UHGV virus genome: UHGV-0300374
Length of the DNA stretch: 64,000 nucleotides
Reading direction: 5' to 3' (one strand)
DNA from: a virus
Part shown: positions 12,546 through 19,909 of the stretch, piece after piece
Numbering within the stretch: the stretch's first letter is position 1
Layout of the letters: the number at the start of each line of letters is the position of its first letter
The notes under the pieces: generated by a model
The model's input: the letters and a program-made list of their open reading frames with translations, nothing else
Database searches by the model: none
Told to the model about the DNA's origin: nothing
Made by a program: the position numbers and the translations under genes

Positions 12546-14162
12546 TCAACGTCTAAGCCCCTCATATGGGTTTCCTCTCACTAAGTCTGTGTGAGCACCC
12601 ATTGATGGTGGCTTGAATAATTTAACTTCGTTAAGACTGTTGAAAGCATCACTGGTAGCATCCACTTGGTCATCTTTAGTTTTGCCATCACCACAAAAGC
12701 CTTCAAGCTCTTGAAAGTAAGCTTCGTTCCAACTACCTCTCAAGACTTTTACAAGTCCAGCTTCAGAAGCAGCAGAAAATCCCGCAAAGCGGGTAACTTT
12801 ATCTTTATTTGTTGGTTTAGCTCTTGCACGATAGCCTTTCTCGGCAAGTTTCCTGATGAGGGATGTTGCGTAGGATTTACCAGCAGCGCCTGGGTCTTGA
12901 GGGATAAAAATACCAGTTCGCTTACCGTCACTTTCAGCAGTCAAATTAATTTGTGTTTCGACTCCAGAGGGTCTATCTCTAAATCTTACTACATCAATGA
13001 TATAATAGCAACCGTCTTTTTTAGATTTACCCATCTTAACACCTGCTGTCCAGTCTGGATTAGGGTTAACCTCAGATGGTAAAGTTGCTGCTAAGTCCCA
13101 TGCTCTAACATCAAATACATCTTCTGGGAGTGAATCAACAATCTCACACCATTGTCTTTGCCAATAGTTTGAACCTTCTGCACGAGCCTTCCAGTTACCG
13201 AAACGAAGTCTTGCAACGTTTACAGGAGTGTTGTTTTCCAACTTACCGCGATACTTTGGTTCTAAGAAGTCAAGAATTGGGTTATCATCAATCGTACCAG
13301 AGATGAAGGTGTATGTTTGAGGAATCTCAAGAGGGAACATTTCAAGAATCTTGTCTCTCTCCCAATCAGAAACCATCACACCATCATTCATTACATACCA
13401 ACGAATACGACCACACTTCTCAGGGTCTGGATAACCTTCTTCATCTAAGAATGGTTCTACCCAATCGTAAATAAAGTGGTCTCTATCTGGGTTCATGGAA
13501 ATCTTCATGTATGAATCACCTTCAGCACCAGAACGTAGACGGGTTTGTAGGTATGAAATCTGTGAAGCAGAGAAGTGTGTACCTTCGTCAAAGTAAATAG
13601 CTGAGTATTCAATACCCTGATGACCTTCAGCGTGCTTTTCAAGTTCTAGGTAGGTAAACTTGATAGTTGCCCCAGAAGGGAATGTGATAGTCATTTTCTG
13701 CTCGTGAGGAATCCCACCAAACTTACCAAATAGTTTCTTTGCAGCAGGCCATAAACCACCTTGTAGCTGTGTTGTATTTCGACGGAAATATACAGCATTA
13801 TAGTTAGGGTCTTCAATAAATCTTAAAGAGTCCATTAACAATGCAGCAGTTTTACCAGCACCAGCAGCACCACCATAAAGAACCAAGTCAGCATTAGTGT
13901 TTAAAAAGACCTCTTGAGAACCCGGCTGAGGGGCTACATAGTTCTTATCAGTCATCAATTTAAAGATAAGGCGAACTTGGTCTGGTGTGTATCTTAATAA
14001 AGTCAGAATTTGAGTTGGAAGGAATTTAGAGGGGTCTTTACCGAATGATTTGATAATTTCTTTTACTTCATCAGAAAGCCCCAACTCTCCAGCTAGGACT
14101 TTCCTAACATCTTCCACTCGCTTCTGCTTAACAGCATTTAAGTCCATTAAGCACCTCCGCAA
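12546..14162 (-). CDS. terL: terminase large subunit
   Basis: Walker A motif VLYGGAAGAGKT near N-terminus; 538 aa; followed by portal. Confidence 0.85.
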   Translation of the reverse strand: MRRCLMDLNAVKQKRVEDVRKVLAGELGLSDEVKEIIKSFGKDPSKFLPTQILTLLRYTPDQVRLIFKLMTDKNYVAPQPGSQEVFLNTNADLVLYGGAAGAGKTAALLMDSLRFIEDPNYNAVYFRRNTTQLQGGLWPAAKKLFGKFGGIPHEQKMTITFPSGATIKFTYLELEKHAEGHQGIEYSAIYFDEGTHFSASQISYLQTRLRSGAEGDSYMKISMNPDRDHFIYDWVEPFLDEEGYPDPEKCGRIRWYVMNDGVMVSDWERDKILEMFPLEIPQTYTFISGTIDDNPILDFLEPKYRGKLENNTPVNVARLRFGNWKARAEGSNYWQRQWCEIVDSLPEDVFDVRAWDLAATLPSEVNPNPDWTAGVKMGKSKKDGCYYIIDVVRFRDRPSGVETQINLTAESDGKRTGIFIPQDPGAAGKSYATSLIRKLAEKGYRARAKPTNKDKVTRFAGFSAASEAGLVKVLRGSWNEAYFQELEGFCGDGKTKDDQVDATSDAFNSLNEVKLFKPPSMGAHTDLVRGNPYEGLRR

Positions 14163-14168
14163 ATAGAA

Positions 14169-14369
14169 TTATTCAGAGTCTGTAGCAGTCTCTTCTTTCT
14201 TAACTTCGAACTTTGCATCAACAGCATCAAGAAGTGCATCCATAGATGCTTCTTTAATATCAATACCTGTTGCTACAGACAATCTGTCTGCAATTGCCAT
14301 GATAGTATTCTGCATAAATTCTAGCTTCTTATTAGCTTCATAAAGTTCTTTATAAACGGTCTCGCTCAT
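14169..14369 (-). CDS. hypothetical small protein upstream of terminase
   Basis: ORF track, 66 aa; too small to call small terminase. Confidence 0.3.
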   Translation of the reverse strand: MSETVYKELYEANKKLEFMQNTIMAIADRLSVATGIDIKEASMDALLDAVDAKFEVKKEETATDSE

Positions 14370-14404
14370 TATGTTTTCTCCAAATAGTTAATCATGTTTC
14401 CCCT

Positions 14405-14430
14405 TAAAAAAGACGGTACAGAGACCGTCA
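14405..14430 (-). terminator. intrinsic terminator at the downstream end of the tRNA array
   Basis: Perfect stem gacggt-acagag-accgtc followed on minus strand by U6. Confidence 0.55.
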
Positions 14431-14582
14431 AGGAGAAACCACAATGTACGTCAGAGACATACTGTATAAGGCTTCTTATAAAGTATAACTCTGTAAAAAA
14501 GCCCTGTCTAAAAATACTCTTCGGTAGCGAAAGGAAGAATACTGATAGCAGGGCATTATTATTATTTTAATTGAGAGAGAGT

Positions 14583-14658
14583 AAAATAACTTGGAGAATC
14601 CGAAGGGACTCGAACCCTTATAAACCTGTTTTGCAGACAGGCACATAGCCATTTCTGT
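14583..14658 (-). tRNA. tRNA-Cys (GCA)
   Basis: Acceptor GAATCCG/CGGATTC, T-arm GGGTTCGAGTCCC, anticodon loop CTGCAAA, CCA encoded. Confidence 0.7.
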
Positions 14659-14662
14659 CACG

Positions 14663-14755
14663 GATTCAAATTGGAGGAAGATACCAGACTTGAACTGGTA
14701 CACCGATTTCTCAGCTACTGGCAGTTTAGCAAACTGCTCCCTTACCTTTTAGGGT
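14663..14755 (-). tRNA. tRNA-Ser (GCU), long variable arm
   Basis: Acceptor GGAAGAT/ATCTTCC, anticodon stem GCAGT/ACTGC with loop TTGCTAA, about 93 nt. Confidence 0.6.
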
Positions 14756-14766
14756 TAATCTTCCAT

Positions 14767-15501
14767 TTATTTCTGTAATGCGCTCTTCATTTCTGGTGTT
14801 GCAATAGTGTCAATCACACCAGTTTTACAGGCATCATCAAACCAGTCTGGTAAGATACCTGCTAAGAACCCATTGATATTCGTTCTAAGGTACTCTGCAA
14901 TAAGGGCAGCTTCTTCTTCAATCATCTGCACAACTTCATCTGCATAAGCTGTAATCTTTGAAATACCTTCATTAATCTTACTAACAGCCTGATTAGCTAA
15001 ATCAGAAACAGTATCAAGACCCTCATCAATAGCGTCTTGTAAGTCACTTAACACACCATTAACACTATCTAGTGTACTGTTAATCATGTCAATAGCTTTT
15101 TGACCATACTCTGTAGCAACACCCATAATACCACTGAATGGTGTACAACCAACTTGTTCTCCTGCTGCACCCATAACATTGGAGTATCCCTTTGCTACCT
15201 GCATACGTGATGAAAACTCATCAATAGACTTTTGACCGTAGTCTGTCAGGGTCTTAGTAGTTGCTGTAGTGCTTGTAAGGCTTGTTGTAAAGCTGTTTAG
15301 AAGGACTGTTGTAAGTCCAGCAGCAACAAGCTTATCTTTTACTGTAGGGTCTGATACAGAACTAATAGAGCTTACAAGTGATGTAGAGGCAGCTACGGTT
15401 CCACCGAGAACTGCTGCACCAGTAATAAGGGGGTTAGAAAACCCTTTACCAGTTTTTAAGAGATTAAAAATCTCCTTACCTTGTTCTGTCATCTCTTTCA
15501 T
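14767..15501 (-). CDS. hypothetical protein (Ser/Thr-rich N-terminal half)
   Basis: ORF-track start 15564 overlaps tRNA-Phe; internal ATG at 15501 has RBS aaaggtg and avoids the tRNA. Confidence 0.45.
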   Translation of the reverse strand: MKEMTEQGKEIFNLLKTGKGFSNPLITGAAVLGGTVAASTSLVSSISSVSDPTVKDKLVAAGLTTVLLNSFTTSLTSTTATTKTLTDYGQKSIDEFSSRMQVAKGYSNVMGAAGEQVGCTPFSGIMGVATEYGQKAIDMINSTLDSVNGVLSDLQDAIDEGLDTVSDLANQAVSKINEGISKITAYADEVVQMIEEEAALIAEYLRTNINGFLAGILPDWFDDACKTGVIDTIATPEMKSALQK

Positions 15502-15517
15502 TAAGCACCTTTGAAAT

Positions 15518-15594
15518 TGGTAGTCCAGTGGGATTTGAACCCTCTTCTCATGTTTTTCAGACACGCGCTTTAACCATATAAGCTACTTGGACTA
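15518..15594 (-). tRNA. tRNA-Phe (GAA)
   Basis: Anticodon stem CGTGT/ACATG with loop CTGAAAA; T-loop TTCAAAT; acceptor TAGTCCA/TGGACTA. Confidence 0.6.
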
Positions 15595-15599
15595 TAAAT

Positions 15600-15675
15600 T
15601 GGGGTGACCTACGGGATTTGAACCCGTATAGACCATGTTCACAGCATGGGTCATTACCATTTATGATAAGGCCAC
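15600..15675 (-). tRNA. tRNA-His (GUG)
   Basis: Anticodon stem CCATG/CATGG loop CTGTGAA; discriminator C; T-arm ACGGGTTCAAATCCCGT. Confidence 0.7.
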
Positions 15676-15706
15676 ATTTAAGGACTCTCGTAAGAATCCT
15701 TAGAAG

Positions 15707-15782
15707 TGGCAGCGGCATAAGGATTTGAACCTTAATAAGACAGCTTCAGAGACTGCTGCATTGCCAGTTATGCTATACCGCT
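15707..15782 (-). tRNA. tRNA-Gln (CUG)
   Basis: Anticodon loop CTCTGAA; T-arm TAAGGTTCAAATCCTTA; acceptor AGCGGTA/TGCCGCT. Confidence 0.6.
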
Positions 15783-15787
15783 AAATT

Positions 15788-15866
15788 TGGTACTCCATAT
15801 CGGATTCGAACCGATACATAACACAGATTTTAAGTCTGGCCTCTCTGCCAATTGGAGTAATGGAGC
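15788..15866 (-). tRNA. tRNA with Leu anticodon UAA (class-I-like short variable arm)
   Basis: Anticodon loop CTTAAAA, discriminator A, T-arm ATCGGTTCGAATCCGAT; variable region only about 7 nt. Confidence 0.5.
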
Positions 15867-15868
15867 AT

Positions 15869-15944
15869 TGGCGGGGGATGTTGGAATTGAACCAACTTCT
15901 TCGATTTCAAAGACCGAGGTTTTAACCTTGTAAACTAATCCCCT
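15869..15944 (-). tRNA. tRNA-Gln (UUG)
   Basis: Anticodon stem TCGGT/ATCGA loop CTTTGAA; T-arm GTTGGTTCAATTCCAAC; 1:72 mismatch. Confidence 0.6.
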
Positions 15945-15952
15945 TTAAATCT

Positions 15953-16510
15953 TTACTTTCTCAGTGGATGAATAAAGAATGCCAACATAACTCTTTCCCT
16001 TGAGAATGCTCTTTCTTCTGGGACAACACTTTTTAGTTTCCATCCAATATAAATTCTCCAGTAAAATTGTTTACCAAAGATTTTAATTGATGGGATAAAA
16101 GCGAATAATCCCCAAGCATTCCTGTTCCACATTAGGAGATAACCAGTCTGATTATCTTCAGGGTCAGAACTTACGTTGATATTACCTTTCCACTTAGTAA
16201 CATCTTTTACATCTCTTCCTAATACATGGTAAGAGAAGTTATAAGCTTTGTTTCTCCAGAGCCATCCGACTCTTTGCATGTAGACACCTAGTTTACCAAT
16301 CCATCTAATATTAGCCCATCTTTTAACGTGACCTTCATCACCATCAATTGGGTTGTCATATGTCTCCATCCATCTGAACCCGAAAGGTAAGTGTCCTTTC
16401 TTCTCACTGTAGAATGGAACTACAAAAGGTGCTAAGATAACTGCTAGTATTGCTGCAAGTGGTTCTAGCAAAGCTAAGAAAATCCATGAAGCATATTTTA
16501 AGTATCTCAT
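15953..16510 (-). CDS. hypothetical membrane protein embedded in tRNA array
   Basis: 185 aa; hydrophobic N-terminus WIFLALLEPLAAILAVILAPFVV. Confidence 0.45.
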   Translation of the reverse strand: MRYLKYASWIFLALLEPLAAILAVILAPFVVPFYSEKKGHLPFGFRWMETYDNPIDGDEGHVKRWANIRWIGKLGVYMQRVGWLWRNKAYNFSYHVLGRDVKDVTKWKGNINVSSDPEDNQTGYLLMWNRNAWGLFAFIPSIKIFGKQFYWRIYIGWKLKSVVPEERAFSRERVMLAFFIHPLRK

Positions 16511-16749
16511 TGTCTAACCCTCGTAAGGAGGTAAGCATTATTACTTGTTTCTGAGCTTTCTGGTAACATTGTCTCAAAATTGACACTTTTAAGTTGTCTT
16601 CCACCAAAGCAATGACCAATAAATCTTTCTACTTTTATTGGGTCGCATTCCCATCCGACTTTTAAGAAAATGTGGGTATCTATAGTGGGAACCCTTACAA
16701 ACTCAATACTATTGGGATTTTCATGTTCAACGACGATTAATGTTTGCAT
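16507..16749 (-). CDS. hypothetical protein embedded in tRNA array
   Basis: ORF track, 80 aa, 4-nt overlap with downstream ORF. Confidence 0.4.
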   Translation of the reverse strand: MQTLIVVEHENPNSIEFVRVPTIDTHIFLKVGWECDPIKVERFIGHCFGGRQLKSVNFETMLPESSETSNNAYLLTRVRQ

Positions 16750-16767
16750 AAATTCCTCTTGCTTATC

Positions 16768-16843
16768 TGGCGCAGGATAAGGGATTCGAACCCCTATTAA
16801 CAGTTTCGTAGACTGTTGCTCTATCCATTTGAACTAATCCTGC
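16768..16843 (-). tRNA. tRNA-Arg (ACG)
   Basis: Anticodon stem ACAGT/ACTGT loop CTACGAA; acceptor GCAGGAT/ATCCTGC; T-loop TTCGAAT. Confidence 0.7.
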
Positions 16844-16848
16844 AAAAT

Positions 16849-16926
16849 TGGTGTTCCAAGACGGATTCGAACCGTCACTAATACAAGGTTTGAGCTTGCA
16901 TCCTCTGCCAATTGGGATACTGGAAC
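16849..16926 (-). tRNA. tRNA with Leu anticodon CAA (class-I-like short variable arm)
   Basis: Anticodon loop CTCAAAC, discriminator A, T-arm GACGGTTCGAATCCGTC. Confidence 0.5.
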
Positions 16927-16927
16927 A

Positions 16928-17002
16928 TGGTACTCACTAAAGGACTTGAACCTTTTTCTTCATCTTGTAAGGGTGGTGTTTTACCATATAAACTAAGCGA
17001 GT
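16928..17002 (-). tRNA. tRNA-Val (UAC) candidate, weak anticodon stem
   Basis: Acceptor ACTCGCT/AGTGAGT, D-arm GTTT..AAAC, T-arm AAAGGTTCAAGTCCTTT, loop CTTACAA but only 3 of 5 anticodon-stem pairs. Confidence 0.4.
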
Positions 17003-17098
17003 GTGAAAGAGGTCTGAAGTTGTGCCGCTAACTCAACTCCGTGGAATTTGTTACGGTCTTCAGTTGACTCAAAGCGGTCTTTCACTTGACCTCTGAAT

Positions 17099-17174
17099 TG
17101 GTGCTCCCACAAGGATTCGAACCCTGATAAGTTGCTTACAAGGCAACCGTAATAGCCAATTATACGATAGGAGC
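17099..17174 (-). tRNA. tRNA-Thr (UGU)
   Basis: Anticodon stem GTTGC/GCAAC loop CTTGTAA; T-arm CAGGGTTCGAATCCTTG. Confidence 0.7.
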
Positions 17175-17181
17175 ATTAATT

Positions 17182-17256
17182 TGGAGCATCCAGAGGGAAT
17201 CGAACCCTCAACCTCAGTTTGGAAGACTGTAATTTTCCCGTTTAAACTATGGATGC
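17182..17256 (-). tRNA. tRNA-Gly (UCC)
   Basis: Anticodon loop CTTCCAA; T-arm GAGGGTTCGATTCCCTC; acceptor GCATCCA/TGGATGC. Confidence 0.65.
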
Positions 17257-17262
17257 ACTAAT

Positions 17263-17338
17263 TGGTGGAGTCACTGAGAATTGAACTCAGTTCCCAAGTT
17301 TGCAAAACTCGAATTTTAACCATATAAACTATGACCCC
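17263..17338 (-). tRNA. tRNA-Ala (UGC)
   Basis: Acceptor GGGGTCA with G3:U70 wobble; anticodon loop TTTGCAA; T-arm CTGAGTTCAATTCTCAG. Confidence 0.7.
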
Positions 17339-17344
17339 ATTGTT

Positions 17345-17420
17345 TGGTACAGGTGGAGGGAATTGAACCCATCGTCTTACTGATTAAGAGTCAGCCGCAT
17401 AACCATTTTGCTACACCTGC
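17345..17420 (-). tRNA. tRNA-Lys (CUU), copy 1
   Basis: Anticodon stem GCTGA/TCAGT loop CTCTTAA; acceptor GCAGGTG/CACCTGT; T-stem weak. Confidence 0.55.
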
Positions 17421-17427
17421 ATTAATT

Positions 17428-17505
17428 TGGTAGGAGACAAGGGATTCGAACCCTCAAACACCAACTTCTAAGGATGGTAGGTTTACCAATTACCGTCAAT
17501 CTCCC
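17428..17505 (-). tRNA. tRNA with Leu anticodon UAG (class-I-like short variable arm)
   Basis: Anticodon loop CTTAGAA, discriminator A, acceptor GGGAGAT/GTCTCCT with wobbles. Confidence 0.45.
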
Positions 17506-17761
17506 ATTAAATCTTTTTAGAGAACTTCTAAGAACCTAAGCAACAAGGTTCCACAACAAGCTGTAATAACCTTAGAAGCCCTCTAAAAAGACCTAAAAAG
17601 GTCTTTGCATAGTCTTGTTTAATCCGGTGACTAGAACCTTTGGAGAGCTTGATATTATCTCTTCTCCGTGACACCTACTAGGTGCTTTATCAGTGTGTAC
17701 GACAATACACGAGGGATACCAAAGCAACATCCGAATGAAGCTTGGCTTTAAAATCTTATTA

Positions 17762-17851
17762 GGCGGTAAGTAAAGGAGTCGAACCCTCACCGTATCTCTA
17801 CAGTGGCAACTGTTTTCAAGACAGTTTGGCTACCATTAGCCGCTACCTACC
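17762..17851 (-). tRNA. tRNA-Ser (UGA), long variable arm
   Basis: Acceptor GGTAGGT/ACTTACC, anticodon stem ACTGT/ACAGT loop CTTGAAA, about 90 nt, CCA not fully encoded. Confidence 0.55.
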
Positions 17852-17864
17852 CCTAATAAGACTT

Positions 17865-17947
17865 TGGCATGGGACGGAGGAGTTGAACCCCTTTGAAACG
17901 GTGTTGGAAGCCGTTGCTCATGCCTTAGAGTCTTAACATCGTCCCAT
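17865..17947 (-). tRNA. tRNA-Trp (CCA) candidate with extended D region
   Basis: Perfect acceptor ATGGGAC/GTCCCAT, T-loop TTCAACT, hairpin AACGG-CTTCCAACA-CCGTT carrying CCA; D region about 7 nt longer than canonical. Confidence 0.4.
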
Positions 17948-18089
17948 ACTATAATTCGAAGCTTACCGTATTATCTCAACACTGTAAAGCCCCTTCTCAG
18001 ATTATTTACATGTTCTGGAAAACATGAGATACAGACCACCTCCCTACAGGAAGACCCGCTTAGGTCGTCTAAGTAATCTGCTAACTAAT

Positions 18090-18166
18090 TGGCACACCCT
18101 ACAGGATTCGAACCTGTAACTAACGATTTAGAAGACCGTTGCTCTATCCAATTGAACTAAGGGTGC
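18090..18166 (-). tRNA. tRNA-Arg (UCU)
   Basis: Anticodon stem ACGGT/ATCGT loop CTTCTAA; D-arm GTTCAATTGGATAGAGC; T-arm ACAGGTTCGAATCCTGT. Confidence 0.7.
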
Positions 18167-18413
18167 ATTAATCTTTAAAGACTCTCTTAGAAAGCCCTTA
18201 AAGATGCCCACCTTATTAATCATACCGTGGGCTAGTACGCCAAATTCTTTGATGAGGGATTGGAAGACCTCACTGGTGTTTAGCCTATCAAGCTACTGCC
18301 AGAAAAACATTGTCGTTTGCATTTATTTTAAATTTGCAAAATAGACGCTACGCAACGAAAACTAAGGTTACTATAAAGTAGTCACATCTCAATGTCAACA
18401 ACTTTATTGAAAT

Positions 18414-18489
18414 TGGTACTGGTAGGTGGAATCGAACCACCAATGTTCCCTTATCAGGGGAGTGTTATAACCTTCTTAACTATACCAGC
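18414..18489 (-). tRNA. tRNA-Ile (GAU)
   Basis: Anticodon loop CTGATAA; T-arm GGTGGTTCGATTCCACC; acceptor GCTGGTA/TACCAGT. Confidence 0.65.
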
Positions 18490-18490
18490 T

Positions 18491-18567
18491 TGGAGGTTCA
18501 GATGGGAATCGAACCCACATTCATAGGGCTTATGAGACCCTTGCATTACCTTATCTGCGACTGAACC
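18491..18567 (-). tRNA. tRNA-Met (CAU)
   Basis: Anticodon stem AGGGT/GCCCT loop CTCATAA; acceptor GGTTCAG/CTGAACC. Confidence 0.65.
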
Positions 18568-18571
18568 ATAT

Positions 18572-18647
18572 TGGTAGAAGTGGAGGGAATTGAACCCATC
18601 GTCTTACTGATTAAGAGTCAGCCGCATAACCATTCTGCTACACTTCC
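18572..18647 (-). tRNA. tRNA-Lys (CUU), copy 2
   Basis: Anticodon/T-arm identical to copy at 17345-17420 but acceptor GGAAGTG/CACTTCT. Confidence 0.55.
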
Positions 18648-18653
18648 ATTAAA

Positions 18654-18793
18654 TTATCTTTGTAGATAAGCTACCCAGACTTGCTTAAGGTCTGTAGCGA
18701 TGTGCCTTTTTGGGTTTAAATCTAGAATTTACCCTTTCACCCTTTGTGGTCGCATACTCACAGGTAAGCTTAATAACTTATCTACAAAGATAA
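18654..18793 (-). ncRNA. structured spacer bounded by perfect 17-bp inverted repeat (candidate small RNA/processing element)
   Basis: ttatctttgtagataag at 18654-18670 and its exact reverse complement at 18777-18793, 106 nt apart; no tRNA fold, no credible ORF. Confidence 0.35.
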
Positions 18794-18829
18794 TTACCAG
18801 ACCGTTGTTTATCATCTTAAGTGCTACCA

Positions 18830-18878
18830 TTACACCAACTCGACATCTGCCGAGTGAAGGAATCGAACCTTCGCCTTT
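18830..18878 (-). ncRNA. tRNA-like minihelix/tRNA fragment (T-arm plus closed acceptor hairpin)
   Basis: GAAGGTTCGATTCCTTC T-arm followed by ACTCGGC-AGAT-GTCGAGT hairpin then a D-arm-like GGTGTAATGGTAGCAC; no matching 5' acceptor strand upstream. Confidence 0.35.
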
Positions 18879-18907
18879 TCTTTACCGAGAAATAGATTGT
18901 TTAAGTT

Positions 18908-18935
18908 TTGCTGTAAACGGTCTTCTGTAAATTTG
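18908..18935 (-). repeat. conserved 28-nt tRNA-spacer motif, copy 1
   Basis: ttgctgtaaacggtcttctgtaaatttg; identical copy at 19390 and variants at 18996 and 19566. Confidence 0.5.
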
Positions 18936-18995
18936 TTGAGCCAGACCAAGTTTTAAATTTTTCAAAATTAAATTGGCTTGAAATTTTAAGTAACT

Positions 18996-19015
18996 TGCTG
19001 TATTTGGTCTTCTGC
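18996..19015 (-). repeat. conserved tRNA-spacer motif, copy 2 (variant)
   Basis: ttgctgtatttggtcttctg. Confidence 0.4.
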
Positions 19016-19075
19016 TCCTTTAAAGGATACTCGTAAGAACCCTTTAAGGGAGGGGCTAAATAGCCCTCTCAAAAT

Positions 19076-19152
19076 TGGCGGTTACGAAGGGATTTGAACC
19101 CTCATCATCTCCCGTGACAGGGGAGTATTTTAACCAAATTAAACTACATAAC
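19076..19152 (-). tRNA. tRNA-Asp (GUC)
   Basis: Perfect anticodon stem CTCCC/GGGAG loop CTGTCAC; acceptor GGTTATG/CGTAACC. Confidence 0.7.
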
Positions 19153-19157
19153 CTTTA

Positions 19158-19246
19158 TTGGTGTGCCGTGTAGGAGTCGAACCTACCGAGTCTCAATGAC
19201 AAGGGATTTACAGTCCCCACCGCTACCATCTACGGGATAACGACAC
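19158..19246 (-). tRNA. tRNA-Tyr (GUA), long variable arm
   Basis: Anticodon stem GGGGA/TCCCT loop CTGTAAA; 89 nt; T-arm GTAGGTTCGACTCCTAC. Confidence 0.65.
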
Positions 19247-19255
19247 ATTTAAATT

Positions 19256-19332
19256 TGGCGGTTAGTCAGGGATTCGAACCCTGTGCCATTCGCTTAACAG
19301 GCGACCGCACATACCTTATGTGCTTCCTAACC
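19256..19332 (-). tRNA. tRNA-Asn (GUU)
   Basis: Anticodon loop CTGTTAA; D-arm GCACA..TGTGC; T-arm CAGGGTTCGAATCCCTG. Confidence 0.6.
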
Positions 19333-19389
19333 ATGTTTAGCATTACCAGACCGTATATTTCAATTTTTCCGCTAAAAATTTAATAAATA

Positions 19390-19418
19390 TTGCTGTAAAC
19401 GGTCTTCTGTAAATTTGG
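19390..19418 (-). repeat. conserved 28-nt tRNA-spacer motif, copy 3
   Basis: ttgctgtaaacggtcttctgtaaatttgg abutting the 3' end of the tRNA at 19416. Confidence 0.5.
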
Positions 19419-19492
19419 AGGCGGGTGCAGGAGTCGAACCTGCCGATACCATGCTAATGAGACATGTGAGACGCCCTTTCTCTATACCCGCA
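19416..19492 (-). tRNA. tRNA with CAU anticodon (second Met, initiator or Ile-lysidine type)
   Basis: Anticodon stem CATGT/GCATG loop CTCATTA; T-arm GCAGGTTCGACTCCTGC; 1:72 mismatch. Confidence 0.5.
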
Positions 19493-19565
19493 ATTCTTAA
19501 TGACCAGACCAAATATCTTCTTTGTCCGATTAACTTTCAGATGAGTAGATTAAGTTTGCTGTAAT

Positions 19566-19595
19566 TGGTCTTCTGTCAAAACTGGCGTTCCAGAA
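19566..19595 (-). repeat. conserved tRNA-spacer motif, copy 4 (variant)
   Basis: ttgctgtaattggtcttctgtcaaaactgg; minus-strand reading contains TTGACA. Confidence 0.45.
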
Positions 19596-19670
19596 GGGAT
19601 TTGAACCCTCAAATATCCACTTTGAAAGAGTGGTGACTTTACCATTTTGTCTACTGGAACATTAATTTGG
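19593..19670 (-). tRNA. tRNA-Glu (UUC)
   Basis: Perfect anticodon stem CCACT/AGTGG loop CTTTCAA; acceptor GTTCCAG/CTGGAAC. Confidence 0.7.
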
Positions 19671-19677
19671 TCTCTGT

Positions 19678-19754
19678 TGGAGGACTTGAACCTCCGGCCT
19701 TACCGCCCCAAACGGAACGCTCTACCAAGCTGAGCTAAACAGAGATAAACTTTT
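19678..19754 (-). tRNA. tRNA-Pro (UGG)
   Basis: Anticodon loop TTTGGGG with G37; D-arm GCTCAGCTTGGTAGAGC; T-arm GGAGGTTCAAGTCCTCC. Confidence 0.65.
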
Positions 19755-19909
19755 CAAACTCTATGTAACCACTTTAACATTATTTTTTAGTGGTTGTCAA
19801 GAACTTTTTTAAAATATTTTTCAGTATCTTAGAAAAGCTCTCGTTTCGTTTCTATGTAGAACATATTAAAGGGTATCAAACACATTGTCAATACCCTTTT
19901 TAAAACTTT

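Noticed and set aside
14767-15564. ORF-track start codon at 15564
   Set aside because: The first 63 nt would overlap tRNA-Phe (15518-15594); the internal ATG at 15501 has a proper RBS
16404-16619. 71-aa minus-strand ORF
   Set aside because: Out-of-frame overlap with two better-supported ORFs (15953-16510, 16507-16749)
17003-17098. Possible extra tRNA between the Val-candidate and tRNA-Thr
   Set aside because: Has terminal inverted repeats AGAGGTC/GACCTCT but no T-loop motif or cloverleaf; left as structured spacer
17593-18930. Short ORFs in tRNA spacers (17593-17790 minus, 18700-18930 plus)
   Set aside because: Overlap tRNA genes or inverted-repeat structure, no RBS, wrong strand for the local transcription unit; more likely structured RNA
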